Position numbers and translations under genes: made by a program. The notes below the pieces were generated by a model. The model worked only from the letters and a program-made list of their open reading frames with translations. It had not been told where the DNA came from and did not search any database. A stretch of DNA of 62,569 nucleotides, filler included. It is 10 parts of 10 records of this genome, joined end to end, with 100 filler letters (N's around TTAATTAATTAA, not from the genome) between each part and the next. Parts side by side here need not be neighbours in the genome. Positions count along the whole stretch, not along the records: positions 31,903 to 40,395 come from SRR31147125_297943; positions 40,496 to 45,853 come from SRR31147125_298524; positions 45,954 to 50,973 come from SRR31147125_298585; 7 more parts are not named here. The stretch is one strand, 5' to 3'. Below, in pieces: positions 35,906-46,076 of this stretch (position 1 is its first letter; each line of letters starts with the position of its first letter).

Positions 35906-38011
35906 CCGACCCGATGCCGATGCAACCCCTGGAACAGAAAGCGCTGACCCTGCTGAAGCAGAGCAAGCGCCCCCTTAACCGGCGTACCATCGCCGAGCAG
36001 CTCGGGCTGCAGGGGCAGGAGCGCAAACAGCTGACCCGGACCCTTGAGCGTCTTGCGGCCAAGGGCCAAGTCGAAGAGCGCAAAGGCTTCTACCGCTTAC
36101 CCCCGCCGAAAAAACGGGTCACCGGAACCTTCTCCCTGGCTGAGCGCGGCTTCGGCTTTCTCCGTCCGGACAACCCGGAGCAGGAGGATCTTTTCATCCC
36201 GGCTCGCGAGGTTGGAACGGCGATGGATGGCGATCAGATTGAGGTCAGTTGTCACTTTTCGCCCCGTCAGGGCCGTCCCTTTGCCCGTGTTCAGCGCATT
36301 CTTAAGCGCGCACACAGTCAGCTCCTCGGCCATTACCAGAGCCGTCGCGGCAAGGCCGAAGTCTGGCCGCTGCAACGTTCGCTCGGCGGCCCCTTTCTGG
36401 TCCAACCGGACAAACGTATCCACAACGGTGACGTGGTCAGCATCCGGATCGAGCACTACGCGGATGGCCGGAGGCGGCACGCGGGCAGGTTGTTGAACAC
36501 CTCGGTAAAGCGGACAATCCACAGGTCGATATCGACATCATTATTCGCGATCACGGTTTGCCGCACCAGTTCTCAAGTGAGGCTCTGGACGAGGCGGACA
36601 GGGTCGCCTGTGACATTGATAAAGAGGACTTCGAGGGCCGCACCGATCTGCGCACCCTGCCGCTGGTGACCATCGACGGCGAAAGCGCTAAGGACTTCGA
36701 TGATGCCGTTGCCCTGCGCAAAGAAGCGGATGGACTTTTTCGCCTCTGGGTCTGCATCGCCGATGTCGCCCACTATGTTCAGCCCTTCAGCCCTCTGGAT
36801 CAGGGCGCTCTGGAGCGGGGCACCAGTGTCTATTTTCCCGGTTTCTGCCTGCCGATGCTGCCGGAGTCTCTGAGCAACGGCATCTGCTCTTTGAAGCCCC
36901 ATCAGGACCGCCTGGTCATGACCGCGGAACTGCTGATCAACGCGGAAGGGCAAACCGTCTCAAGCGATTTTTATCCGGCGGTGATCAACAGTCACGCGCG
37001 CCTGACCTACACACAGGTTGCCCTCTACCTGGATGCCCCGGAGGCTTCCGAGCTGGACCCGGAACTGCAGAAACCGTTGGGAGAGATGGCCGAGCTTGCC
37101 TCCATTCTGACCACAATGCGCCACCGCAGGGCAGCCTCGATCTCGATCTGCCGGAAGTCGAGATTGTCCTCGATGACAGCGGCCAACCGATCGACCTGAA
37201 GAAGATCGATCGCCACCAGGCTCACCGCCTGATCGAAGAGTTCATGCTCGCAGCCAATGAGGCCGTGGCCTCTTTTCTCGCTGAATCGGGCCGTTCCTTT
37301 CTCTATCGCATTCATGAGCCGCCCGACATCTTCAAGCTGCAGGATCTGCAACAATTGGCGGCCCAGTGCGGTGTCGGTATGGTCCTCGGCAAAGACCTCC
37401 ATCGCGCCCTCCAGGAATTACTGGATGCGGTCGCAGACAAACCGGAAGCGCGGATGATTCATCAGCACCTGCTGCGCAGTTTGCAGCAGGCCTGCTACAG
37501 TGCGGACAATCGTGGTCACTTCGGCCTCTCCTCCAGCCATTACTGCCACTTCACCTCACCCATCCGGCGCTACCCCGATCTGGCGGTTCACCGCGTTCTG
37601 AAGCAGGTGCTGAAAAAGGAGAAGGGGTCTCAGCCTGGCGGGAAAAAATTGCTCCGCCTGGGACAGGACTGTTCTGACAAAGAGCGGCGTGCCATGCAGG
37701 CCGAGCGGGAATTGATCGCTCTGCGCAGCTGTCAGGTCATGGCCGGGCGCACCGGAGATCGTTTCCACGGGACGATTACATCTGTCACTGATTTCGGTTT
37801 TTTTGTCGAACTGGACGACATCTTTGTCGACGGACTGGTTCACATCCGCACCCTGAATGATTACTTCCACTTCGACCCCTCTACCATGAGCTTGACCGGA
37901 GAGCGGCAGAGACAGAGATTTCAGGTGGGCATGCGGGTGACCGTGCAGGTCAAACAGGTGGAGTTGTGGCGCCGTCGAATCGATTTCACCTTGCTTGAGG
38001 TGCATGAATGA
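35902..38011 (+). CDS. rnr: Ribonuclease R; two apparent single-base frameshifts (~36468, ~37131)
   Basis: HTH and cold-shock N-terminus, TIDGESAKDFDDAV, IADVAHYV, RGTSVYFP, HFTSPIRRYPDL and a C-terminal S1 domain, split across three ORFs. Confidence 0.9.
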
Positions 38012-38439
38012 ACGGACTTGCGTTATTGACAGCGCTGCTCTGGGGAGCCTTTTGCGGTTATGGCGGTATGCGTCTGATCGAAGCCGGTATCAACCTGATA
38101 TCCGCTATCCACGGGATCTTTTCACGACGCTGGAAGAGTTTGGTGAATAAGGCAATGCCGGGGCAGATCGCCTACGGCATCCTCTTCGACCTGCTCATCC
38201 GGATGCTGATTCAAGCAGGTCTATTGGGTGGGCTGCTGCTCTGGGGTCATGAATGGGTCACCCGCAACACCGCTTTCGACTATCAGGATACAACCTTGTG
38301 GATCTGGGCCACTGCGACAACGTTAGCCGCTCTCGCGACACTGCGTCCCAGCCTGCAAAAAATCGTCATCTCCTGGAAAATCGGTCATGTGCATGACTTT
38401 GCCCAGAAGCGCAAGCGCACCCTGATGCTGCGTCGCTGA
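38008..38439 (+). CDS. Hypothetical membrane protein
   Basis: 143-aa hydrophobic ORF with an ATGA overlap on the rnr stop. Confidence 0.7.
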   Translation: MNGLALLTALLWGAFCGYGGMRLIEAGINLISAIHGIFSRRWKSLVNKAMPGQIAYGILFDLLIRMLIQAGLLGGLLLWGHEWVTRNTAFDYQDTTLWIWATATTLAALATLRPSLQKIVISWKIGHVHDFAQKRKRTLMLRR

Positions 38440-38445
38440 GAGCGA

Positions 38446-38916
38446 TCAACAGACCGACACAACCTCATACTCCTTCTCCCCCACTTCAATCAGATCACCA
38501 CAAGCAGTCCCGAGGAGCGCCCGACCCAGGGGAGAACCCGGAGTGATCAACTGCACCGTTTCACCTTCAAAGTCGATACGCATTCCGCCGGATTCAGGGA
38601 CAAGGAACACCCATCGGCGCTCACCGTTCTGATCTTCAAGCGCGACCAGAGCCGATAACCGAATGGCGCTCTCTTCAGTAAAAACCTGTAACGGTAGTGT
38701 TTCAAACACCTGAATCGCGTGGCTGATCTCCTGAGCCCGATTGGCCTGCCCCTGGGCAATGTAGGAGGCCTCAAGCGCCAGCGTCTCATACTTGTTGTCC
38801 GGAATATTCTCCTCGTGCGTTGCCGCTTCATGCGCCTTTTTTGCCGCCTGTAACAGCAAGGCATAATCATCTTTGAGACGCTCAACGATTGTTTGACACA
38901 ATATTTCTTTGTTCAT
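38446..38916 (-). CDS. GreA/GreB-family elongation factor-like protein
   Basis: N-terminal coiled coil with DNKYETLALEASY and C-terminal ITPGSPLGRALLG..GD. Confidence 0.85.
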   Translation of the reverse strand: MNKEILCQTIVERLKDDYALLLQAAKKAHEAATHEENIPDNKYETLALEASYIAQGQANRAQEISHAIQVFETLPLQVFTEESAIRLSALVALEDQNGERRWVFLVPESGGMRIDFEGETVQLITPGSPLGRALLGTACGDLIEVGEKEYEVVSVC

Positions 38917-38967
38917 AGGTTACACCTTCTTACAAAGCCTCTTTAAACCTAATCAAGTCAAAGACTC

Positions 38968-39279
38968 TTTTAACGCGGAGCCACAGAGGAGGAGAGCTTG
39001 CTGAGAAAAACCCGAAAGGCTTCTTTTCAGAGATAAAGGAAGTAAAAACAGAAGAACGTCAAAAACAAATCATTGATTTTCATCCTGTTTATCTCATTCA
39101 TCCCTGAGTCCTTTTGTTTTTGAACGTACCTCAGCAACGAACTTCGTGAAAAAAGAGCACCAAAAAACCAGATATGATTTTCTTAGTGCTCTTGGTGTCT
39201 TTGTGGCTAAAGGGTTTTGATTTTAAGGCGGAAAAGCCCTTCTCTCCGTCCTCTCCATCTCCCCGCCTCTGCGTTGAAA
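38968..39279. repeat. Cluster of degenerate nested inverted repeats (REP-like) between cysS and the greA-like gene
   Basis: Outer arms TTTTAACGCGGAG..AGAGGAGGAGAG / CTCTCC..CCTCTGCGTTGAAA. Inner pairs AGAGATAAAGGAAG.. / ..CCTGTTTATCTCATTCATCCCTG and AAGAGCACCAA / TTAGTGCTCTT. Confidence 0.5.
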
Positions 39280-39289
39280 GAAATAAAAC

Positions 39290-40395
39290 CTACTTCAACT
39301 TCCAGCTTGTTCCTTCTCGGCTGTCGAGCAGCTCAATCCCACGTTCGGCCAGGGCATCGCGGATCTCATCCGACTTGGCAAAGTCCTTTTCCGCCCGAGC
39401 CTGCAGGCGCAGCTCAATCTGCGCTTCAATCTCTTCAAGGGTGATATCAAGCTGGGCCAGTCCGGCCATCCTGATCTGCTCCAGCCAGTGTGCCGGATCA
39501 GAGTTGTAGATCCCAAGCACATCCCCCAGACGCAGAACCGTTTGACGTAGATCGCGCACTTGGGCGACCAGATCCGCCTTCTTTTTAAACTTTTTGGTCG
39601 CAACCAGGCGGTTCATGGTCCGCACCCCTTCAAACAGGTGGGCAATCGCCAGGGCACTGTTGAAATCATCATCCATCGCTTCACGGAACTTGGCTTCCAG
39701 CTCGGCTCCAGCGGTGCTGTCTGCGGCTTCGTCAGTCGCCCCTTCAAGCATCTGGTCCGCACTGAGCAGCGCTTCGTAGAAACGACTGAGACCGGCCTGT
39801 GCTTCGACCAGGTTCTGATCGGAGAAGTCGATCGGTGAACGGTAGTGCGAAGTCAGGATAAAGAAACGCACAACCTCGGCATCATAGGTCTTCAAAATAT
39901 CGCGGATAGTAAAAAAGTTGCCGAGAGACTTCGACATCTTCTCTTGGTTCACATTGACAAACCCGTTATGGATCCAGTACTTGGCAAAGGTCTGGTCGTT
40001 CGCCGCCTCCGACTGAGCGATCTCATTTTCATGGTGCGGGAAGATCAGATCGCGGCCGCCGCCATGAATATCGAAGCTGTCTCCCAACAGTGATGAGCTC
40101 ATGGCCGAACATTCAATATGCCAGCCCGGTCGCCCGTCTCCCCAAGGCGATTCCCAGCTTGGCTCATCCGGTTTCGCTCCCTTCCAGAGAGCAAAATCCA
40201 TCGGGTTCTCTTTCTGCTCACCCGGTGCGATCCGTGCTCCGGCCTGCATCTCCTCCATGTTGCGCTTACTCAGTTTGAGGTAGTCATCAAACTTGTCAAC
40301 ACGGTAATAGACATCGCCCCCCGAGGCGTAGGCAAAACCCTTATCGATCAGGGTCTGGCAGATTTCGACAATCTTGGCGATGTACTCTGTGGCCC
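39290..40395 (-). CDS. cysS: Cysteine--tRNA ligase (5' truncated)
   Basis: [38 protein letters not shown] and KMSKSLGNF. Confidence 0.97.
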
Positions 40396-40495
40396 NNNNN
40401 NNNNNNNNNNNNNNNNNNNNNNNNNNNNNNNNNNNNNNNTTAATTAATTAANNNNNNNNNNNNNNNNNNNNNNNNNNNNNNNNNNNNNNNNNNNN

Positions 40496-40654
40496 CAATG
40501 GGTGTGGAAGACCGGCCATATGTTCCAGGCACCCTATTGGCTGATGCCTCCGGGCCTGTGCATTTCCCTGATCACCATGGCGTTTTACATGACCGGTCGG
40601 GCCATGGAGGATGTGCTGGACCCGCGACTGCGCAAGGAGGAGACCACGCCATGA
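40496..40654 (+). CDS. 3' end of a peptide/nickel ABC permease (DppC/OppC-like)
   Basis: YWLMPPGLCISLITMAFYMTGRAMEDVLDPRLR, with the stop overlapping the next ATG. Confidence 0.8.
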   Translation, partial: QWVWKTGHMFQAPYWLMPPGLCISLITMAFYMTGRAMEDVLDPRLRKEETTP

Positions 40655-41631
40655 CCCCCGCCCTCTTGGACGTCGACAACCTGTCCATCGGCTATCGTAC
40701 GGCCGACGGCACCCATCTGGCGGTGGATGATGTATCGTTTCGCCTGGAACGGGGCGGTTCCCTGGGGTTGGTGGGGGAATCGGGATGCGGCAAGACCACC
40801 ATCGGCATGGCCCTGATGGGGCTTCTGGCGCAAAATGCCACGCTTGTCTCCGGTCGGGCCCGGCTGGATGGCGAGGACCTGATGCGCGTCAGCGATGCCC
40901 GCATGCGCCAGATCCGCTGGCGTCATGTATCCATGATCTTCCAGGCAGCCATGAATGCCTTGAATCCGGTTCGTCGCATCGATGAGCAGATCGCCGAAGC
41001 CATCGTCACCCACGAACCCGAACTTACCACGCATGCCGTGATGCACCGTGTCCGGTCCCTGGCCACCCTGGTCAGAATCCCCGGGAACCGGATCCGGGAC
41101 TATCCCCATCAGTTTTCCGGCGGCATGCGCCAGCGCGTCATCATTGCCATGGCCCTGGCCTGCAATCCGTCGCTGATCATTGCCGACGAACCCACCACGG
41201 CCCTTGACGTGATCGTGCAGAATCAGATCCTGTCGGCCATCGCCACCTTCCAACGGGAGATGAACATCGGCATGATTTTCATCTCCCACGACATCGCCGT
41301 GGTGGCGGAAGTCTGCAGCCACTTAGGGGTCATGCACGCCGGCCGGTTGGTGGAGATCGGCACCCGGCGGGAGGTGTTGGATTGCCCGGGCCACCCCTAC
41401 ACGCGGATGCTGCTCGGCAGCCTGGTCACGTTGTCGGACGATCCCATTGATTTCTCGGGTGGAATGCACGTCGCGGATAAAAACGGAACACCCACCGGTG
41501 ATGGATGCAGCATCTGTCCGGTCTGCCCGGATGCAGAGGCCATCTGCCGGACGGCCCGCTCGCAATGGGTGGACCTGACCGCCACCCACCGCGTGCGCTG
41601 CACCCAGGCCGCAACACAGCATAAAGGATGA
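40651..41631 (+). CDS. Peptide ABC transporter ATPase (DppD/OppD-like)
   Basis: [31 protein letters not shown] and the Cys-containing oligo_HPY tail. Confidence 0.93.
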   Translation: MTPALLDVDNLSIGYRTADGTHLAVDDVSFRLERGGSLGLVGESGCGKTTIGMALMGLLAQNATLVSGRARLDGEDLMRVSDARMRQIRWRHVSMIFQAAMNALNPVRRIDEQIAEAIVTHEPELTTHAVMHRVRSLATLVRIPGNRIRDYPHQFSGGMRQRVIIAMALACNPSLIIADEPTTALDVIVQNQILSAIATFQREMNIGMIFISHDIAVVAEVCSHLGVMHAGRLVEIGTRREVLDCPGHPYTRMLLGSLVTLSDDPIDFSGGMHVADKNGTPTGDGCSICPVCPDAEAICRTARSQWVDLTATHRVRCTQAATQHKG

Positions 41632-42612
41632 GCGCATTGCCCCCCATCGATCCTAAAATTGACCGAGGTGACCAAAGTCTATGACGCGCGTGAAGGGCTG
41701 TTTGGTCGGTCGGGGAATCGGGTGGTGGCCCTGGACCGCTTCAGCCTGGCCGTCCAGCCGGGAGAAATCTATGGCCTGGTGGGCGAAAGCGGCAGTGGCA
41801 AGACCACTGTCAGCCGCCTCATCGTGGGCCTGGAAAAACCCGACGGCGGGCAGATCCATTTCTCCGGTGAACCGATTGTCGGCCTTAGCGGTCGGCGTCG
41901 CAAGGCCTTTACCCGATCGCTACAGCTGATTTTCCAGGACCCCTACCAGAGTCTCAACGCCCATTTCTCCATTTTCGATGCGGTGTGCGAGCCGCTGGTG
42001 ATTCATCGCGTGGGCAATAGCGCCCAGCGTTTGGAAAAGGTATGCAACGCCCTGGAGATTGCCGGGCTGCGGCCACCGGCGTCCTTGTTGAACCGCTATC
42101 CCCACCAGCTCTCCGGCGGCCAGCGTCAACGGGTAGCCATCGCCCGGGCCATGGTGCTGGAGCCCGGTTTTCTGATTGCCGACGAGCCCACCTCCATGCT
42201 GGATGCGTCCATCTCGTTTCGGATTTTTCAGCTGTTGCACCGCTTGCGGGAGACGTTTTCCGTGACCATGTTGTTCATTACCCATAGTCTGGCCGCGGCC
42301 CGGCACCTGTGCGACCGCGTGGGCGTGATATATCAGGGACGGCTGGTGGAAGAGGGCACGGCCCGGGAGACCATTCTGAACCCTCGCCATCCCTACACCA
42401 AGGCGCTCCTGGAGGCGCATCCGCGCTTCGGCACTCGTGATCCGCGACCGTTGAGTACCCTGCTGGAGGAAGAGCGACCCGGACCGAGAGGCGCCCATTG
42501 TCCGTTTTACCCACGTTGCCGGATGGCCGTGGACAAGGTGTGCGATCGACGCGAGCCGCTTCTTCGACATCAGGTGGCCGGCCACCGGGTGGCCTGTTTT
42601 CTCTTTGAGTGA
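41628..42612 (+). CDS. Peptide ABC transporter ATPase (DppF/OppF-like); probable extra C in the run near 41640
   Basis: GESGSGKT, YPHQLSGGQRQR, ADEPTSMLD and HPYT..CPFYPRC..VACF. The ATG at 41628 is coupled to the upstream stop. Confidence 0.92.
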
Positions 42613-42666
42613 ACCTTGCCGAAGCCATCGGAAATGTGGCCTTCTACGAATTTTTTACGTTAACGG

Positions 42667-44148
42667 GTGGTTGGACTCCATGAAAACGACATCACCGCCT
42701 TCGCCACCCGAGAAAAGACCCGCAACAAGGGCATCCGTGACGTCCTTCTTGCCGGTGTATTCTGGCGTATCCTGGTGATCGAGATGATTCTGCTGGTCTG
42801 GTCGGTGGCCTACCGGATGATTGCGCAAGATGCCGGCGGCCCGGCGCTGTTTTGGTATGCCGTACGGATCATCTGCCTGGTGATCATTATCCTGTTGTTC
42901 ATGATGCTGACCCTGCGCCGGTTTCTGGAAAAGAAGATCATTCGTCCCTTGGAGGCCGTCTCCGAGGCCAATCGCCAATTGGATGTCGCCCATCCACGGG
43001 TGGATGACGTCCCCCTGGATGACGATGCCGCCCTGGAGATCCGCGAAATCGTCTCCACCCGTGCGCGCATGCTGGAGGCGATCTTAAACGTTTCCAACCA
43101 GCGCCTGCAGCTGGTGAAATTCATCAGGGAAACGTTCGGCCGTTACCTGAGCCGCAAGATTGTCGATGAAATTCTACAGACGCCCGAAGGGCGACGCATC
43201 GGCGGGCGCCGCCAGACCGTCACCGTGCTCATGTCCGACCTCAGGGGGTTTTCGGATCTGTCCGACGCCCGCGATCCGGAAGAGATGGTGCGTATCCTCA
43301 ATCGCTACCTGGAGGCCATGACCCGGGTTATCGAACGCTACGACGGGGTGATCGACGAATTCATCGGGGATGCAATTCTCACCGTCTTCGGAATCCCCGA
43401 TGAAAAACCCGACGACCCGGCCCGGGCCGTGGCCTGCGCCCTGGCCATGCAACAGACCCTTTTCGACCTGAACCGAGAACTGGTTCAAGACGGGCTGCCG
43501 CCTTTGGAAATGGGCATCGGGATCAACACCGGGCCGGTGGTGGTGGGCAATCTGGGATCCGAAGCCCGAACCAAGTACGGGATCGTGGGCGCGGTGGTCA
43601 ACATCGCATCGCGCATCGAGTCCAACACCGTCGGTGGCCAGGTGCTGGTGGGGCAGGCCACCATCGGTCAGCTGACAGGCCTGGTCGCGGCAGATTCCCC
43701 CATAACGGTCATGATGAAAGGGCTCAAGCAACCCTTGGTGTGTTATCCGGTCTCGGCCATCGGCCCACCCTATAATGTGTCCTTTTTTTCTCATAATAAT
43801 ACAGAATCATTAGAAATAGATTTGCCGATGCAATTGTGGCGACTGGATGGCAAACGGGTGGTCTCCGATACCATTGCCGGTCAAAGCCGGTCGCTGGGCC
43901 CGTCGACCCTGACCATCCGGATCCCCGTCCGCCTGGAACCGTTGACAAATGTGAAGCTGCTATTTACGGGTTGTCGGCAAGACCATTGCTTTTCCCATAT
44001 TTACGCCAAGGTGAGCGCCATTGACGACAGCCGGGGGCAGACGCTCCATCGCTTGGATATCACCTACATGGACCAGGCCGACAGGCTTTTCCTGAACCAA
44101 TGGATCGACGTTCCCAGTCCATATGGAGAGGAGTTTATTTGGCCATGA
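42667..44148 (+). CDS. Membrane-anchored class III nucleotide cyclase, Cya2-like (candidate guanylate cyclase); 2 TM, HAMP-like linker, catalytic domain, C-terminal beta domain
   Basis: MSDLRGF, IDEFIGDA, MGIGINTG and RTKYGIVGAVVNIASRIE. The true start may be ATG 42680 with an indel. Confidence 0.88.
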   Translation: MVGLHENDITAFATREKTRNKGIRDVLLAGVFWRILVIEMILLVWSVAYRMIAQDAGGPALFWYAVRIICLVIIILLFMMLTLRRFLEKKIIRPLEAVSEANRQLDVAHPRVDDVPLDDDAALEIREIVSTRARMLEAILNVSNQRLQLVKFIRETFGRYLSRKIVDEILQTPEGRRIGGRRQTVTVLMSDLRGFSDLSDARDPEEMVRILNRYLEAMTRVIERYDGVIDEFIGDAILTVFGIPDEKPDDPARAVACALAMQQTLFDLNRELVQDGLPPLEMGIGINTGPVVVGNLGSEARTKYGIVGAVVNIASRIESNTVGGQVLVGQATIGQLTGLVAADSPITVMMKGLKQPLVCYPVSAIGPPYNVSFFSHNNTESLEIDLPMQLWRLDGKRVVSDTIAGQSRSLGPSTLTIRIPVRLEPLTNVKLLFTGCRQDHCFSHIYAKVSAIDDSRGQTLHRLDITYMDQADRLFLNQWIDVPSPYGEEFIWP

Positions 44149-44179
44149 CCGCCATCCCCGGTTGACCGATGCCCTGATG

Positions 44180-44877
44180 GACTTGGTTTTTCCACTTTCC
44201 TCACCTGGAGCCCTTCGGGGGGAATGTGGCCGCCGTCATCGGCCGCTACCGGGACGCCATGCACCCGGCCACTGGTGAGATATACCGGCGCCGTAAGGAT
44301 TTCGACGACAGTGTGAACCAGCTCAATAGCCAACTGGCAGGCTTTCTGGATGCCGAAAACGCCAAAATGCGGCCTGTGTTTGCCCATTGTTTCGAAAAGC
44401 ATCGCACAGACGGCACCGACTACCTGATCTACGTGGGCCGGAGCCTCATGGAAAGAGGGCGCTTCAGCAACCTTTACCTCAAGGATATCCGCCTGTGGCA
44501 GATCCGCCTGGCCGGTGCCCCCGGAGACCGCCCATCTGATCTTGATCCAGAACACGCCCGTGGCCATCCGTTTCCGCTATGATGAAAAACGGTTCGATGT
44601 GGACGGGGCCTACGATGTGCGCTATGAAATCATTAAATCAAGGCTCGACAAGGCGCGGGTCAAGGACACCGGCGAGCGCCTGACCCAGCCGGGAAAGATC
44701 GCCATTGTTTTCTCCCATCCCGAAGAGGGCGAGGAGATCAGACGATACATCGATTTTCTCGGCGTGCAGGAGATATTGACCGGCGAGACCGATGAACCTG
44801 CCATCGAGGATTTGCCGGGCGTGCCTGGGCTGAAGGCCTTGCGCACCACGATTAACCTGGATAAACCACCTGTTTGA
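44180..44877 (+). pseudogene. C-terminal remnant of a large GAF-containing conserved protein, with an internal break near 44515
   Basis: FEKHRTDGTDYLIYVGRS, YLKDIRLWQ, then in another frame LILIQNTPVAIRFRYDEKRFDVDGAYDVRYEIIKSRLDKA..ERLTQPGKIAIVF. The N-terminal part is missing. Confidence 0.6.
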
Positions 44878-44884
44878 GGGGCTG

Positions 44885-45772
44885 TTGATGATTGCCAGAC
44901 CATCCCACCACTCGCCATTGTGCCGGCGGCCGACCCGGTCGCTGCTGGTCCTGCTAATCGTTTTGATGGTCCATGGCAGCCTCGTGCCGGCCGTGGCCCG
45001 GGAGCAGCGGGTGACGAACGCCTTGGGAATGACCTTTGCGTTGATTCCGGCCGGCATGTTTGTCATGGGTAGTCCGCTGGAGGAGGCTTTGCGCGATGCA
45101 TCGGAGATGCAACACCCGGTGACCATCAGCCAGCCGTTTTACCTGCAGACTACCGAAGTGACCGTTGATCAATGGCGGGCGGTCATGGGACATCGTTTTT
45201 TTGCCCGTAAGCGGGGCACAGGTGACATGCCGGTGGTCAAGGTCTCATGGAGAGACTGCCAAAAATTTATTCGCAAGCTGATGCACATGACCGGTGAGCG
45301 GTATGCCCTGCCGACCGAGGCCCAATGGGAATACGCCGCCCGCGCCGGCAGTACAACGGCGTATTTTTGGGGCAACCGGATCAACTGCAGCCGCGCAATG
45401 TACGCCAACAACCCGCTTAAGTCCGACGAATGCGTGGCCGCCAGTCGGATCAGGGGGCTGGAAACCGGCTGCCGGGCGCCGGTCAAGCAATATCCGTCCA
45501 ACGCCTGGGGGCTGTATGACATGCACGGCAATGTCTGGGAGTGGTGCGAGGATCTATTTGATCGCTATTCCGGCGTTTCCCAGGTGGATCCGTCCAAGAC
45601 CGACTCCGGCCAGGACCGGGTGCGTCGCGGCGGTAGCTGGTTCAGCCCCGGCTACGCCTGCCGAAGTGCCAACCGTGCCTATGGGCATCCCATGAGCCGG
45701 ATGCAGAATACCGGCTTTCGATTGGTCATGATCCCACCGGACCAGCCGATTCAGGCCGTTCCATCCAACTGA
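44885..45772 (+). CDS. Formylglycine-generating enzyme (FGE/SUMF1-like) domain protein, exported
   Basis: Signal peptide, IPAGMFVMGS, TEVTVDQW, LPTEAQWEYAARAG, NAWGLYDMHGNVWEWC, RRGGSW and GFRL. Confidence 0.9.
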   Translation: MMIARPSHHSPLCRRPTRSLLVLLIVLMVHGSLVPAVAREQRVTNALGMTFALIPAGMFVMGSPLEEALRDASEMQHPVTISQPFYLQTTEVTVDQWRAVMGHRFFARKRGTGDMPVVKVSWRDCQKFIRKLMHMTGERYALPTEAQWEYAARAGSTTAYFWGNRINCSRAMYANNPLKSDECVAASRIRGLETGCRAPVKQYPSNAWGLYDMHGNVWEWCEDLFDRYSGVSQVDPSKTDSGQDRVRRGGSWFSPGYACRSANRAYGHPMSRMQNTGFRLVMIPPDQPIQAVPSN

Positions 45773-46076
45773 TGTCGGTTACATGGACAACCATTCGTCC
45801 ATGCCGGTCATGGACCGCTCGATAGGCCCGGGGTTGCCATCACCGGGGAAAAANNNNNNNNNNNNNNNNNNNNNNNNNNNNNNNNNNNNNNNNNNNNTTA
45901 ATTAATTAANNNNNNNNNNNNNNNNNNNNNNNNNNNNNNNNNNNNNNNNNNNNGGATAAAAAAGGGAAATCCCGGATCGACGCAATTGTCGGTCCGGGAT
46001 TTTTGCGTTTAGGGGGTAAGAATAGCGCGATATTGTGATGAAACCAAAGGAGAAGTGAAGATGAAATGTGGGGTGA

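Noticed and set aside
35902-38011. rnr as a pseudogene or programmed-frameshift gene
   Set aside because: Both breaks are single missing bases in short G/C runs. The same error type recurs at ~30995, ~41640, ~42715, ~46085 and ~56333 in unrelated contigs, so sequencing error is the simplest explanation.
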